Part shown: positions 11,814-25,339 of the stretch, piece by piece
Layout: each line of letters begins with the position of its first letter
Numbering within the stretch: the first letter of the stretch is position 1
Source: Squalus acanthias
Taxonomy: Eukaryota
NCBI GenBank assembly: GCA_030390025.1
Contig: CM059432.1
Span: forward strand, 65,598,001 to 65,662,000
Direction of reading: 5' to 3'
Length of the DNA: 64,000 bases
Made by a program: the position numbers and the translations under genes
Notes under the pieces: model-generated
What the model saw: only the letters and a program-made list of their open reading frames with translations
Database searches by the model: none
Told to the model about the DNA's origin: nothing

Positions 11814-12557
11814 GGCCCAGAAATTGATCTCGCTCTGTTCCCGCGGGGGTAAGCCTTCCCCGCGATCTCTCACCTCGCTTGTGCTTTTTCAGATCCAGCT
11901 CGCACGAACTTGATGTTCCAGACATCAGCCGGGCAGTGCTTGCGTATCCCACCGGCGTTGTGAATTCGTGCGAGCTGTGGGATCACGTGACTCAGTTAGA
12001 GCCAATGGCAGCACACCATCTTCCATTCATAAGTTTCACATACGTGCTGTGAAATCTATGAATCATACACCCCCCCAAAATAACAGCTAAACCTCAATTA
12101 AATTTAAAAAAAAAACCATCACATTAATAAAATAAGTATAGTTAAATAAACTAACCATTTTAAATAAAAAATTAAATTTTTGAAAAAATTTAAAATCTTT
12201 TAAAAAGTTATAAAAATAAACTTACCTGTCTTTAAAGTCTCTAAAAAAGATATACCTGTAAAAAAAAATTCAAAAAAATACTTAATTCACTACTTACCTT
12301 GTTAAAAGTGGGTCTTACTCCTCCTTTTTACATTTCTAAAATCTTCAGTACTTACCTGCGCGTCCAAAGCATGAAGTGCACAGCGTGCGCGCAGCCTGTA
12401 GCGCGCACGCAATGCACCGAGGAACCGCCCCCTTTTCAAAAGAGCAATTGCCGGTTTTCAGCGCATGCGCAGGGCATGCAGAAAACCGGCAATTGCAGAG
12501 GGAATACGCGAGAGTACGCAGTGCGTACTCTCGCGCACCGGGATGAATTTTTGGGCC
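11814..12557. mobile_element. Harbinger-type MITE with TIRs and 3-bp TSD (AAT); inverted sister copy at 32316-33077
   Basis: AAT|GGCCCAGAAATT ... AATTTTTGGGCC|AAT. Confidence 0.9.
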
Positions 12558-12796
12558 AATACTTTCTCATGCAAGCCAGTTTCTCGGGATTCCTTTCGAT
12601 TTTCTGATTAGAGTCAACCTTGCTTTAATAATTTTGGCAAGCTTCAGGCATTGGAAAAACCTCTTGTTGGGAGCTCACCCGTTGGGAACGCAGTGTGAAT
12701 TAATATGTTCTTACAGGATTTAGAAATCTGCAGCAGCTTAAAGAGTCAGCTACTATGTCAGTAGCTTTTGCTGCACAAAAAAAATTCTATCAATGC

Positions 12797-12900
12797 AGGT
12801 AGATGGAATAAGATACAGATCAGCCATGATCGAATTAAATGACGGAACAGGCTCATGGGGCTGAATGACCTACTCCTGTTCCTACGTTCCTTCCTATGTT
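12797..12900 (+). mobile_element. CR1 3' UTR fragment
   Basis: GATCAGCCATGATC...GGAACAGG...CCTACTCCTGTTCC...CTATGTT. Confidence 0.85.
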
Positions 12901-12904
12901 CTTA

Positions 12905-13155
12905 CCCTACAGAATGTCTGAAGGGCCTTCTGCGTGGCTTATGTTATGGATTCTGCTGTGGAAGTGCTGCTGCAGGAGGTTAGGCAGAGGAGGGAGCCAT
13001 CTTTGAAACACAGAATCACAGGGCCTCAAAGAAATCTGTTTGGACCAGTGGAAGGATGCGGCTGAGACAGTCAGTGCCAACTCCAACACCCATGCATGGT
13101 CACTCCTTGCTGGCAAAAGTTTAAATGATCTGATCAAGTCAGGCAAGGTAAGAGA
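12905..13155 (+). pseudogene. Decayed Harbinger Myb/SANT exon 1
   Basis: DSAVEVLLQEVRQRRE...QWKDAAETVSANS...NDLIKSGK|gtaaga, donor at 13148. Confidence 0.7.
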
Positions 13156-13469
13156 AGTAAATCACACCTTCCAATAATGAGCTACGTACAATAAACCCCC
13201 CTCCCCTCAGTGTGTTAAAATGTTTACCGTCAATGCCAAGGCAGCAGTACAGTGCCCCTTACACCCCCCAGCCTTCATCTAGAAGTTGTTCTTTCACTAA
13301 TATTCTTACACGCAATGACCCACAAACACCTTGAAAGGAACACATGGGGGCTGTGGCATCGCAGGAAGGACTAGTTGAGAAATCGCGGTTCCACAGTGCC
13401 AGATTTTCTGTCAATTATTTTAAATGAACAGAAAATTAATGATAGGATTCCAAATATAAAGGGCCCTGC

Positions 13470-13745
13470 TTGAGCTTCCTCCATGGGGCAGTGAGTAAAT
13501 GAAGTGTCCAGTGTGATATGGAGCCATTTAGGCCAGGGAAAGTTGCAAGCTTTATCCCTGGTCTGTGCTGAGTTAGTCGATTTCAGCTAGTGCAGAAGTC
13601 AGGCACAACTGGCCTCAGTGCCCCAGAGCTAGGCTGGAAAATAAAATCAGCTAGCGTTTCCAATTCAGCCAACAAAGTGCCAGAAGGCTGCCAATATCCA
13701 TGGTACTGTATCTCAGTATGAGTCAGAACCTCAGGAGGGGAGAAA
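13470..13745 (+). mobile_element. Old SINE-like repeat, related to 45500-45745
   Basis: Shares AAATAAAATCAG...TCC and TATCYCAGYATRAGTCAG...TCAGGA blocks with 45500-45745. Confidence 0.45.
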
Positions 13746-14129
13746 ACTGAGCAACATTTTCTTAAAAGACCCCCTCTTATACTAAAAGCGCTATTTGAAT
13801 TAATGTGCATCAGTGGAGGAGTGCCTTAGCAATTATATTGTGAATGTAGACACAAAATGGCACAGTTTAGTTAGACACCATGGGACACTAACCTTTATTT
13901 GACACTGTAAAGACATATATTATCATGCTACAAATGATTTAACACCAAAGGGACATCTGCTGTGTGTTTTGGCTGAACACCATAAGCGGTGTACATAAAA
14001 TAAATGCAGGACAAACCAACGAGATTGCCCTGCTGTTGTTCTTTATGAGCATAAAAGAAATAACATTTACTTACCAACATTATCTCGCCACAGTATAAGT
14101 GTGTATATGTATATATATATAAATATATC

Positions 14130-14490
14130 ATAGAAATTAGAACTGACAGCACATGAAGTGGTGATCTGTGCCAGTACAGGCTCTTCAATTGAAGGCATCT
14201 ACTCTAATCCCATTTTCCTGTCTTTTTCCCCAACCCTTTTATATTCATCCTTTTCAAATACTTGCCCATTTTCTTTTTAAATGGCATGTTACTTTTGCCC
14301 AATAACCACTTGTGGTAAGGCATTACAAATTCTCACAGTCCTCTATGGAGAAAAAAAATCGTCTGACTTCACTCTTCATTTTTCTATCAATGATCCTGAG
14401 TTTATGCCCTCTTATTGCCAATTCACCAACCACTGAAAACAATCTTTCACTATTTTCCCCATAAAAACATTCATGCTTGAAAACCTCCAT
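14130..14490 (-). mobile_element. Degenerate CR1 3' end
   Basis: Antisense DLMEVFK...RLFSVVGE...RGHKLRI...EVRRFFF. Confidence 0.7.
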
Positions 14491-15142
14491 TAAATCCACC
14501 CTCGATCCCTCTGTCCTTACTAACTGCTGCAGCATCTCCAACCTCCCTTTCCTCTCCAACATCCTTGAACATGTTGTTGCCACCCAGGTCTCTGCCCATC
14601 TCTCCTACAACTCCCTGTATGAATCATTCCAATCAGGTTTCCGTCCTCCCACAGCACTGAAACGGCCCTAACTAAAGTCACAAATAACATTCTCTTGTGA
14701 CTGTGAACATGGTGCATTATCGATCTTCAACCATCATCTTTCGCCCTGGTAGACACACTGTACCTTCACCACCAACTTCATCGCCAGTCAATATCTCAGG
14801 GTGGATGGGACTGTTTGCAACCTCAGCATCCTGTTCAACTCTGAGCTAAGTTTCTGACTCCATATTCTCTCCATCACAAAGACAACTACTTCCACCTCGA
14901 TAGCTTACACACCTTCACCCCTACCTCAGCCCATCTGCTGCTGAAACTCTCATCCACTCCTTTGTCACTTCCTGACTCAACTTTTCCAATGCTCTCCAGG
15001 CATCCTCCACCCTTCATAAATTTCAGACCACTCAGAGCTCTGCTGCCCATGTTCCACCTACACCAAGTACTGTTTGCTCATCACCTCTGTCCTAGCTGAC
15101 ATACAATGGGTCCTGATCCCCCAGTGCCTCAAATATAAAATT
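14491..15142 (+). mobile_element. Degenerate L2 RT/C-terminal fragment
   Basis: TLDPSVLTN...ISNLPFLSNILEHVVATQ...ESFQSGFRP; homologous to 20490-21550. Confidence 0.85.
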
Positions 15143-16420
15143 AGGAACATAGGAATGGCTAGAGAGAAAAAGACCAAAGGCCATTGAGTTCACCTTCTGC
15201 CATTGTGGTAGTCACATGCCACAATAAAGGAGTTGATGACTAATCATGGTAATTAATCTCTATCAATTAGTCTACAACAAACACAGACAAGGGGCAAGGA
15301 AAACCCACCAGTGGAAAAAAGCGTTGGGAACTATAGGTTCAAAGTCTGCTGTTTCTCTCAAGCATACTACACTTGCCATATTTCATGTCTCAAATTACTC
15401 ATATACTGTATCCCAAAAGATTGGCCTGGATATTGTGGTAGGAATAATGGTGAAATTACCAGTGCTAACAGTTATTAAAGAGTAAATCGGACAGCAACTT
15501 CTGATGTCCACACATGCGCAGTTAAACGTGGAAATCAGGCAGTTGCTGTCGAGTTGCCCTGCTCCTCCACAAGCTTTGCTATACCAGTATCGCGCCAAGA
15601 GACTCAGCATTCAAATACCTGGAAAGGTATGAAACTGGGGCACTTACCCACTAGATACCCACTAAACATGCCAGAAAAGGTTAGGGCTTGTGCATTCGAG
15701 TGTAAGTACATTTTTAATGGTGTGATAAGTCTTAGTCACTGCCAAACAACCTCTCTGGCACTGAAAATTAAATTTTAAAAATGTGGAGTCTCATTCCTTC
15801 AGATTTTAATTATTGTTGGAGATTTTTTTTAAATGTAATAATTTAAATAATTTTAAAAACTTTTGTTTCTTTTATCTCTATTTCTTTCCATCTCTTTATT
15901 TTGCTTTCTGTGCATGATTTGGCATTGAATTAAATATTCTAATTTACACTTCCTGGTTTAGACTCTGCAGGGGGAGTCTTAACCTGGAGGAGCGCGTGGG
16001 TTTGGGTGCAGGTGGGGGAGTTAAAACCGGCAAAAATGCGAACGCATCAAGAAGCCGGCTCCAATTTGCCGACTTCCGCATTTAAATCAAACGCATTAAG
16101 CTGTGTGCGAGCAACCCCTTCGGGAGAGGTGGGTTGCCTATTAATATATTCTAATCGCTCAATTTGATAGATATTTCAACACACTTTTAAATTTAACATT
16201 CACATCCACGGGTTTCTCGGGCTTCCTGAAACTCACAAGTGAAAGCAAGGCGAGTACACAACAGCAATTGAGGGGGCTGATTAAAATTCATGGAAATACT
16301 CCAATAAATACTCAGTGCTCACAGCTGCTTTCTTACCAGCTAGTGGGAAAGGGTTTGTTCACAGTACTTTTGCTGAGAGTTTGCATTCTTCATTTTGGAG
16401 GATTTCTGAATCACATCAGG

Positions 16421-17426
16421 ATGGGTGGCGCCTTGGCTGCCTTAGATTGGACCGCGGACAAGGAGCAATATGACCAACACCAGCACTAGCAGCAGCCTGT
16501 TGTTGAGAGACCTGCAGCTGGGCAGCAGCAGAGGGGTGCAGCTCACAGGAGTCACTAACCGTGACACAGGGTGTACAGGCAGAGGCTGAGTTTCCTTGAC
16601 ATGTTGGAACAGGAGTGCTTCAGGAGGCTCAGGTTGTCACGTTACTGGTGGCAGACATCTTCAGCCTCCTAGAAGAAGACCTGCAACCCTGCTGGACCAG
16701 GTGGCTACGCGTTACCAATGGCTGTTAAAGTCACCACCACCCTCAACTTTTTTGCCTCCAGATCCTTCCAGGGCTCTGCTGGAGACATATCCAGGATCTC
16801 CCAGTTGCCAACCCACAAATGCAGAAGGCTGATGGATTGTTTGACAGGGCCGCCAATTATGTGAACTTCAGCTGCGATAATGCCAGTCAGAATGAGCAGG
16901 CGTTCGTGTTTGCATCTCTGGCTGGCTTCCCACGATTCAGGGCATCATCGACTGCATACGCGTGGCAATCCGCGCAGCCCCAGATCAACCAGGAATATTT
17001 GTGAACCGCAAGGGCTTTCACTCCATCAATGTGCAGCTGGTGTGCAATCACAGAAAGATATTTCTGCAGGTGTGCACAAGATTCCCGGGGAGGGCCATGA
17101 TGCTTTTGTCGTGTTGCAGTCCAAGCTCCCCGACATCTTTGGACCTGCAAGCACACTTAAGGGGTGGCTGCTTGGTGACAAGGGATACCCACTTCAAACT
17201 TGGCTGATGACACTCGTTAGAAACCTGACTAATGAAGCGCAACATCAGATGTGTGACCGAACAAGCCATCGGAATGCTGAAGATGCGCTTCAGGTGCCTC
17301 GACAGAGCTGGAGGCGCGCTTCAGTACACACCAGCTAGGGTCTCCAGAATAGTCATGGTGTGCTGCGCTCTGCACAACATTGCGCAGCAATGAGTTTGGA
17401 GCTGCAGGAGGAACAAGGTGCAGAAC
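16421..17426 (+). pseudogene. Harbinger DDE transposase (HARBI1-like family), multiply frameshifted
   Basis: [57 protein letters not shown]. Confidence 0.92.
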
Positions 17427-17499
17427 ATAGATTTTACAGTCCACTTTTATGTTCCTTGCAAGTTTACTCTCATACTCTATTTTTCCCCTCTTAATCAAT

Positions 17500-18800
17500 C
17501 GCTGTCATCCCTCTCATAAGCCAGCCGCACTTCACTGCTACCACTCTGCTGGAGTGCACTTTGGTGCAGATCATTGAGGTGCTGTAAGGCCAAGGCTAAG
17601 ATATCGGTCATCCTATTTAAGGCGGCAGACATGTTGGCATCTAGAGTGTGCATGGCCATGGTCAAGGCGTGCATGGACTCATTTGATTGCGGCTTTTGAT
17701 GTTCCACGGAGTTGGTCACTCTATCCATGCAAGAAGACATCATCGCAATGTCCTATGACATCAACCCACTCATGCTTGAGGCAGAATGCTCCATTCTCTC
17801 TGTAATCATGGTCAGTGTGCTTGGAAGGTCTGCCGGTACATCGCACATTCTCCAGCTGCTTCTCCTTTTCATCGACAGCCCCCAGCATACAGCATCTGTG
17901 TCCAGCTGAGCAGAGCTCAGAGAGGGCTGCGCCCTCAAATGCAGACTCTCCACTGCTGTCCCTGCTGTCTCTTGCTCACTTGTGAAATAAGAGTCATTAA
18001 GTGAAAACCCAACCATCTGTCTAACAGGTCCCACTGAAGTGTGAGCATCTGAGCTGGTGCATGGTAAGCACAAGTCCTCAGGTACACCCTCAGAATGAAT
18101 CAGCTCCTCTCTGGTTCGTTGTCTGTGAGGTTCATGGACTCCTGCTGCACACGTGATGGTGTAGCAGAGAGAAAAGATATGATCTAGTACTGACAAGGTA
18201 AAAATGTTGCAACTTATTTTGCAGATGGTCATATTTCACTCGCTGTTGAAATCAAGTCAACATGAGTGCTATATGACATGTGGGTTGCTGATATTTAATT
18301 GTGTCACCAGTTAGCTGGGAGCTCCCCGTCTCCGATGGCGAGGCACTCCGAAACGGCACTGATCTCCAGCGCTTCCTCCTCTGCAGTTGTTAGCTAGGAA
18401 TCAGTGGAGGACCACCTCCAGTTCTCTTCCTCTCCCTCGTATTCTGTGCTCACTTCTCCTGCACCAGGGCAAGAACAGACCCATGAGTGACTGAGGAGTG
18501 AGGAGTGATGTGGTGCAGTAGACTTGACAAGGCAGAGTGAGCAGGTGGGGTGATGCACACTGCAGGATGTAGGTCAATGTGCAACTGTACTCACCTTTCC
18601 TGACCTGGTTAAGTCAGTAAAGCACTTCCTGCACTGAATCCAGGAGCGTGGCACAATGCTCCTGCTACTGACCTCCTGGGCCACCTCCAGCCATACATTT
18701 TGTGTGTTGGCAGCAGGTTTCTTCCTCCATTTTTGGGGAAGCGTATCTCTCTCCGACTCCTCACTGACCCCAACAGTACATCAAGCAATGCATTGTTTCT
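17500..18800 (-). pseudogene. Harbinger Myb/SANT DNA-binding partner gene, spliced and decayed
   Basis: WIQCRKCFTDLTRSGK|gtgagt, intron 18594-18459, tgcag|EK*AQNTRERKRTGGGPP. Confidence 0.85.
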
Positions 18801-19432
18801 GCAGCCATTAACGGTCTAACTTCCCCATCTCTTTGCGCAAATTCTAACTCCAGATTCCATCTTTGGATTGGCCCTTTAATACTGGAGTTGAGATCATGTC
18901 ATGCGAGTCCTCATCATGCCCACTGCCACACCATCGACGTCAAACCCCAAAGTAAAATGATAATGAGGTGGCTGCATTAAAATGCCACTGACAGACGCGC
19001 AGAAATTCCTTCCAGGTTCCAGATGCAATATCGGACCCCCGCCCCCCCCCCCCCCACCCCCACCCGCTCCCAACGTGCCTCTGAGTTAATATCGGGGCCT
19101 GTGTGCCTCAGTAAGGATTCTAAATCTGATTGGTTGAGGAGACACACCATTGTTTGCCTTGTTCACAAATTTTATCCAGTTCCCCTGCAGAGGGTCCGCA
19201 CAGTTTTGACTCTCTAATTACCACAGTCAAAGTGCATAAGTGGGTGAGGGGGGGGAACGAAGATCGTGGAGTTTGGAGGGGTCGGCCGATCGTGCGAAGG
19301 GAAGCAGGTACGCTTGTTAGGCCTGAAGGAAACACTCCTGCTGCTCCTGGCCCACAGGCAGTGCTGTAAATGCAATTACCTTATGAATCAGGCCCTTCTC
19401 AGCTCATTTTACCTGCCGGGTTTCTCGAGGCT

Positions 19433-21843
19433 CAACCACTATCTCAATTCATCATGCTCTCTCTCCTCTGAGTTCACTACCCTCCTATCCTCCCTTAATC
19501 TCTCCCTCCATGTAAACTCCCGAACCCATATTCACGGCCACCCCCTTGACCTTGCCATCTCTCGTGGCCTCGCTACTCCCACCGTGTCAATCAAAGATAA
19601 GGCCATCTCTGACCACTTCCTTGTATCGCTCTCCACCCACATCCCCCTTCCCCCACCCAGCCCTACTTCCTTCTGTGTCCACCCCTGGAAAAAATTGTCT
19701 CCCAACTCTCTTACAATTGCACTTGCGAAATCCCAACTGTCCAGCCTTTGGCCCTCCATTCACCATGACATTTCTGCAGCTACCGATTTGCTCAACCACA
19801 CCCTCACCACCACCTTTGATGTCCTAGTCCCTATTAAAACCATTACTCTCGCTCACCCTGGCCGCTCTCCCTGGTATGGCCCACATCTTCGCTCTCTCAA
19901 GTCCAAGGGACGCAGACTTGAACGTATATGGGCGGACAACTGGTTTAGCCATTCACCGCCAGATCTGGCTGGACCACATAAAGCATTATCGGGTCCTACT
20001 CTTGTCTGCCAGACTGCTCACTATTCCAGGATCATTCTGGAATGCAAAGATAACCCCTGGCTACTATTTTTTACTGCTAACTGTCTTCTTAAACCCCTCT
20101 CCCCTGTCTCCGCCACAATCTCCTCCAACAACAAGTGTGAGGAGCTCAAGGACTTCGTTGTCTCTAAGATTGAGACTATCTGATCAGCTGCCTCTGCCAC
20201 TTCCCTTCCTTCCCCTAGCCTACCAGGCCAAACTTCCTCTAAGGCTCTCCCCTGCCCTAGTCCTGAACTCGCATCTTTCTCCAGTTTCTCTCCGATCTCC
20301 CCTCTTGATCTCTCCACACTCATCTTGCCCATGAGGCCCACTTCCTGCTCCCACAACCCTATTCCCACTAAACTGCTGACCACCCAACTTCCTTTTCTGG
20401 CTCCCATGTTAGCTGACATTGTTAACGGTTCTCTCTGCTCAGGTACTGTCCCCCTCTCTCAAATCTGCCGTCATCACCCCGTCCTCAAAAAAACCCTTGA
20501 CCCCTCTGTCCTTGCAAACTACCACCCCACTTCCAACCTCCCTTTCCACTCCAAAGTCTTTGAATGTGTTGCCACCTCCCAAATCCATGCACATCTTTCC
20601 TGAAACGCCATATTTGAGTCCCTCCAATTTGGTTTACTCCCCTGCCACACTATCGAAACGGCGCTCATCAAAGTCACAAATGACATCCTTTGTGACAGTG
20701 ACAAAGGTAAACTATCCATCCTCGTCCTTCTTGACCTGTCTTCAGCCTTTGATATGTTTGGCCACTCCATCCTACTCCAACGCCTCTCCACCGTCGTCCA
20801 GCTGGGAGGGACTGCACTCGCCTGGTTCCACTCTTATTTATCTAATCATAGCCAGAAAATCACTTGCAATGGCTTCTCTTCCCACTCCCGCATCGTTACC
20901 TCTGGGGTCCCCAAGGATCTATCCTTGGCCCCCCCCTACTATTTCTTATCTACATGCTGCCCCTTGGCGACATCATCTGAAAACACAGCGTCAGTTTCCA
21001 CATGTACGCTGACGACACCAGCTCTACCTCACCGCCACTTCTCTCGATCCCTCCACTGTCTCTAAATTGACACACTGCTTGTCCGACATCCAGTACTGGT
21101 TGAGCAGAAATTTTGTCCAATTAAATATTGGGAAGACCGAAGCCATTGGCTTTGGGCCCCGCCACAAACTCCATTCCCCAGCCACCGACTCCATCCCCCT
21201 TCCTAGCATCTGTCTGAGGCTGAATCAGACTGTTCGCAACTTTGGTGTCATATTTGAACCTGAAATGAGCTTCGGACCACATATCCGTGGCATAACAAAG
21301 ACCGCCTATTTCCACCTCTGTAACATCGCTCATCCGCTGCTGAAACCCTCATCCATGCCTTTGTTACCTCTAGACTTAACTATTCCAACGCACTCCTGGC
21401 TGGCCTCCACATTCTACCCTACGTAAACTTGAGGTCATCCAAAGCTCGGCTGCCCGTGTCCTAACTCGCACCAAGTCCTGTTCACCCATCACCCCTGTGC
21501 TCGCTGACCTACATTGGCTCCCGGTTAAGCAACGCCTCAATTTCAAAATTCTCATCCTTGTTTTCAAATCCTTCCATGGCCTCGCCCCTCCCTACCTCTG
21601 TAATCTCCTTCAGCCCCACAACCCCCCAAGATATCTGCACTCCTCTAATTCTGCCCTCTTGAGCATCCCTGATTATAATTGCTCAACCAACGGTGTCTGT
21701 GCCTTCTGTTGCCTCGGCCCTAAGCTCTGGAATTCCCTCCCTAAACCTCTCCGCCTCTCTTTCCTCCTTTAAACCACTCCTTAAAACCTAACTCTTTGAC
21801 CAAGCTTTTGGTCACCTGCCCTAATTCTTATGTGGCTCGGTGC
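19433..21843 (+). mobile_element. L2 LINE (APE C-terminus, RT, 3' region), frameshifted, inserted in a MITE whose right end is at ~21981
   Basis: THIHGHPLDL...SDHFLV (APE); LDLSSAFD, SGVP, MYADD (RT); LHWLPVKQR...HGLAPPYL (L2 C-terminus). Confidence 0.95.
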
Positions 21844-22020
21844 CTCCTGAGAGCAGATTGGTCAGCCGCCCCCACATCCCTCCTTCGTTAATACCGGAAG
21901 TGGGCAGGTTGGGGGAGGATTTCAAATTTTAACTTCTCACGCAACCCAAACCCACCCTTACTTGGGGATTAAATTACCCCCAATGTTTCCGCAGATTAAC
22001 TTTGAATTTAACTCCCTTGA

Positions 22021-25000
22021 AGTCATAGAGTCATACAGCACAGAAAGAGGCCCTTTGGCCCATCGTGTCCGCGCCGGCCATCAAGCCCTGTCTATTCTAA
22101 TCCCATTTTTCAGCACTTGGTCCGTAGCCTTGTATGCTATGGCGTTTCAAGTGCTCATCTAAATGCTTCTTGAATGTTGTGAGGGTTCCTGCCTCTAACA
22201 CACTTTCAGACAGTGAGTTCCAGATTCCAACCACCCTCTGGGTGAAAAAGTTTTCCCTCAAATCCCCTCTAAACCTCCTGCCCCTTATCTTGAAACTGTG
22301 CCCCTTGGTTATTGATCCCTCTACTAAGGGGACAAGTTCCTTTCTATCTACCCTATCTATGCCCCTCATAATTTTGTACACCTCAATCAGGTCCCCCCTC
22401 AGCCTTCTCTGCTCTAAGGAAAACAACCCCAGCCTGTCCAGTCTCTCTTCATAGCTGAAGCGCTCCAGCCCAGGTAACATCCTGGTGAATCTCCTCTGCA
22501 CCCTCTCCAATGCAATCACATCCTTCCGATAGTGTGGCGACCAGAACTGTACACAGTATTCCAACTGTGGCCTAACTAGCGTTTTGTACAGCTCCATCAT
22601 AACCTCCCTGCTCTTATATTCTATGCCTCGGCTAATGAAGGCAAGTATCCCATATGCCTTTTTAACCACCTTATCTACCTGTGCTGCTGCCTTCAGCGAT
22701 CTATGTACATGCACACCAAGGTCCCTATGATCCTCTGTCCTTCCTAGGGTCCTACCATTCATTCTGTATTCCCTTGCCTTGTTAGTCCTCCCAAAATGCA
22801 TCACCTCACACTTTTCAGGGTTAAATTCCATTTGCCACTGTTCTGCCCATCTAACCAACCCATCTATATCATCCTATAGCCTGAGGCTTCCCTCCTCGCT
22901 ATTTACCACTCCACCAATTTTCGTGTCATCTGCGAACTTACTGATCATACCTCCTACATTCATATCTAAATCATTAATGTACACTACAAACAGCAAAGGT
23001 ACACCACTGGACACAGGCTTCCAGTCACAAAAACAACCTTCGACCATCACCCTCTGCCTCCTGCCACTAAGCCAATTTTGGATCCAATGTGCCAAATTGC
23101 CCTGGATCCCATGGGCTCTTACCTTCTTGACCAGTCTCCCATGCGGGACTTTGTCAAAAGCCTTACTGAAGTCCATGTAGACCACACCAACTGCACTACC
23201 CTCATCCACACACCTAGTCACCCCCTCTCAAAATTCAATCAAATTGGTTAGACATGATCTCCCCCTGACAAAGCCATGCTGACTATCCTTGATTAATCCT
23301 TACCTCTCCAAGTGGAGACTAATTCTGTCCCTCAGAATTTTTTCCAATAATTTCCCTACCACTGATGTTAGGCTCACTGGCCTGTCATTCCCTGGTTTAT
23401 CCCTACTGCCCTTCTTGAATAATGGTACTACGTTAGAGGTCCTCCAGTCCTCTGGTACCTCCCCTGTGGCCAGAGAGGTTCTGAAAATTTGTGTCAGAGC
23501 CCCTGCAATCTCCTCCCTTGCCTCACACAGCAGCCTGGGATACATCTCATCTGGGCCTGGGGATTTATCCACTTTTAAGCCCGCTAAAACCGCTAGTACC
23601 TCCTCCCTCTCAATACTAATTTGTTCAGTATATCACAATCCCCCTGCCTGATTTCTATGCCTACATCGTCCTTCTCCATAGTGAACACAGATGCAAAATA
23701 TTCATTTAAAACCTCACCAACATCTTCCGGCTCTACACACAGATTGCCACTTTGCTGCCTAATGGGCCCTACTCTTTCCCTGGTTATCCTCTTGCCCTTA
23801 ATATACTTATAAAACACCTTGGGATTTTCCTTTATTTTGCCTGCCAGTGTTTTTTCATGCCCCCTCTTCGCTCTCCTAATTTCTTTTTTAAGTACCCCCC
23901 TGCACTTTCTATACTCCTCTAGGGCTTCCACTGTTTTTAGTCCTTTGTATCTGCCTAATGCCTCCCTTTTTTTCCTAATCCATTCTTGTATATCCCTTGA
24001 CATCCAGGGTTCCCTGGGCTTGTTGGTCCCACCCTTGACCTTTACGGGAACATGTTGGCGTTGTACTCTCTCTATTTCCTTTCTGAAAGACTCCCACTGC
24101 TCTGATGTGGATTTTCCTACAAGTAGCTGATCCCAGTCCACTTTGGCCAGATCCTGCCTTATCATATTAAAATCGGCCTTCCCCCAATTTAGAACCTTTA
24201 TTTCCGGTCCATCTTTGTCCTTTTCCATGACTACCTTAAATCTCACCGAATTATGGTCACTGTCACCAAAATGCTCTCCTACTGACACTTCTACCACTTG
24301 CCCGGCTACATTCCCTAGAATTAGGTCCAGTACCACCCCCTCTCTTTGTAGGACTTTCTACATGCTGCCTAAAAAGCTCTCCTGGATGCACTTTAAGAAT
24401 TCCGCACCCTCTAAGCCTTTCACACTCTGACTATCCCAGTTAATATTGGGGAAGTTGAAATCCCCTACTATTATTACCCTATTATTTCTACACTTCTCTG
24501 AGATTTGCCTACATATCTGTTCCTCTATCTCCCCCTGACTGTTTGGGGGCCTATAGTACACTCCCAGCAAAGTGCTTGCCCCCTTTTTGTTTTTAAGTTC
24601 TACCCATATGGCCTCATTAGAGGAACCTGCTAAGATATCATCCCTCCTTACAGCAGTAATTGACTCCTTGATTAATATTGCGACACCCCCTCCTCTTTTA
24701 CACCCCCCTCTGTCTCGCCTGAAGATTCTATACCCCGGAATATTAAGCTGCCAGTCCTGCCCCTCCCTCAACCATGTCTCTGTGATAGCAACAATATCAT
24801 ACTCCCATGTGTTCATCAACACCTTCAATTCATCTGCCTTACTCGCAAGACTCCTTGCATTAAAATAAATGCCATCCAACCTTGCCATACTCCCTTGTGC
24901 CATTACATATTTGCTCTGCCTTCCAGGCTGACTTGATTTTTCCTTTATACTTGGCTGTGCATCACCCCCTACTATAGCTCCACTCCGTATCCCATCCCCC

Positions 25001-25311
25001 TGCCAAGTTAGTTTAAACCCCCCAACAGTACTAGCAAACCTCCCCGCAAGGATGTTGGTCCCATTCCGGTTCAGGTGCAACCCGTCCGACTTGTACAGGT
25101 CCCACCTTCCCCAGAAGCAGACCCAGTGATCCAGGAAACTAAAGCCCTCCCTCCTGCATCAACTCTTTAGCCACGCATTCATCTGCTCTATCCTCCTATT
25201 CCTATACTCACCAGCATGTGGCACCGGGAGTAATCCAGAGATTACAACCTTTGAGGTCCTGCTTTTTAATCTGCTACCTAGCTCCCTAAATTCTTCTTGC
25301 AGGACCTCATC
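22021..25311 (-). mobile_element. CR1 LINE, 3.3 kb: ORF1 esterase (SGNH) end, APE endonuclease, RT, 3' UTR; frameshifted
   Basis: ORF1 VVISGLLP...DGLHLNRNG; APE YFNARS, ITETW, YYRPP, GDFN, SDH; RT DFSKAFDKVPH, FADD; (CTATGACT)n tail. Confidence 0.97.
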
Positions 25312-25339
25312 CCAGAAGCGCAGCCATGTCTTCCAGTTC

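Larger units (their letters stand above)
15970..19099. mobile_element. Decayed two-gene PIF/Harbinger transposon
   Basis: Transposase on + (~16421-17426), Myb/SANT gene on - (~18800-17500); loosely matching ends GGGGGAGTCTTAAC / GTTAATATCGGGGCC. Confidence 0.88.
15423..19230. mobile_element. MITE related to 28208-28990, split by the Harbinger at 15970-19099
   Basis: Starts GGCCTGGATATT. CTTCCTGGTTT (15950) resumes as GATTCTAAATCTGATTGGTTG (19115), matching the reverse complement of the ~28390-28440 region. Confidence 0.6.

Noticed and set aside
12717..12798. Exon-like segment ttcttacag ... CAG|gtaga
   Set aside because: The donor is supplied by a CR1 3' UTR fragment; no other support.
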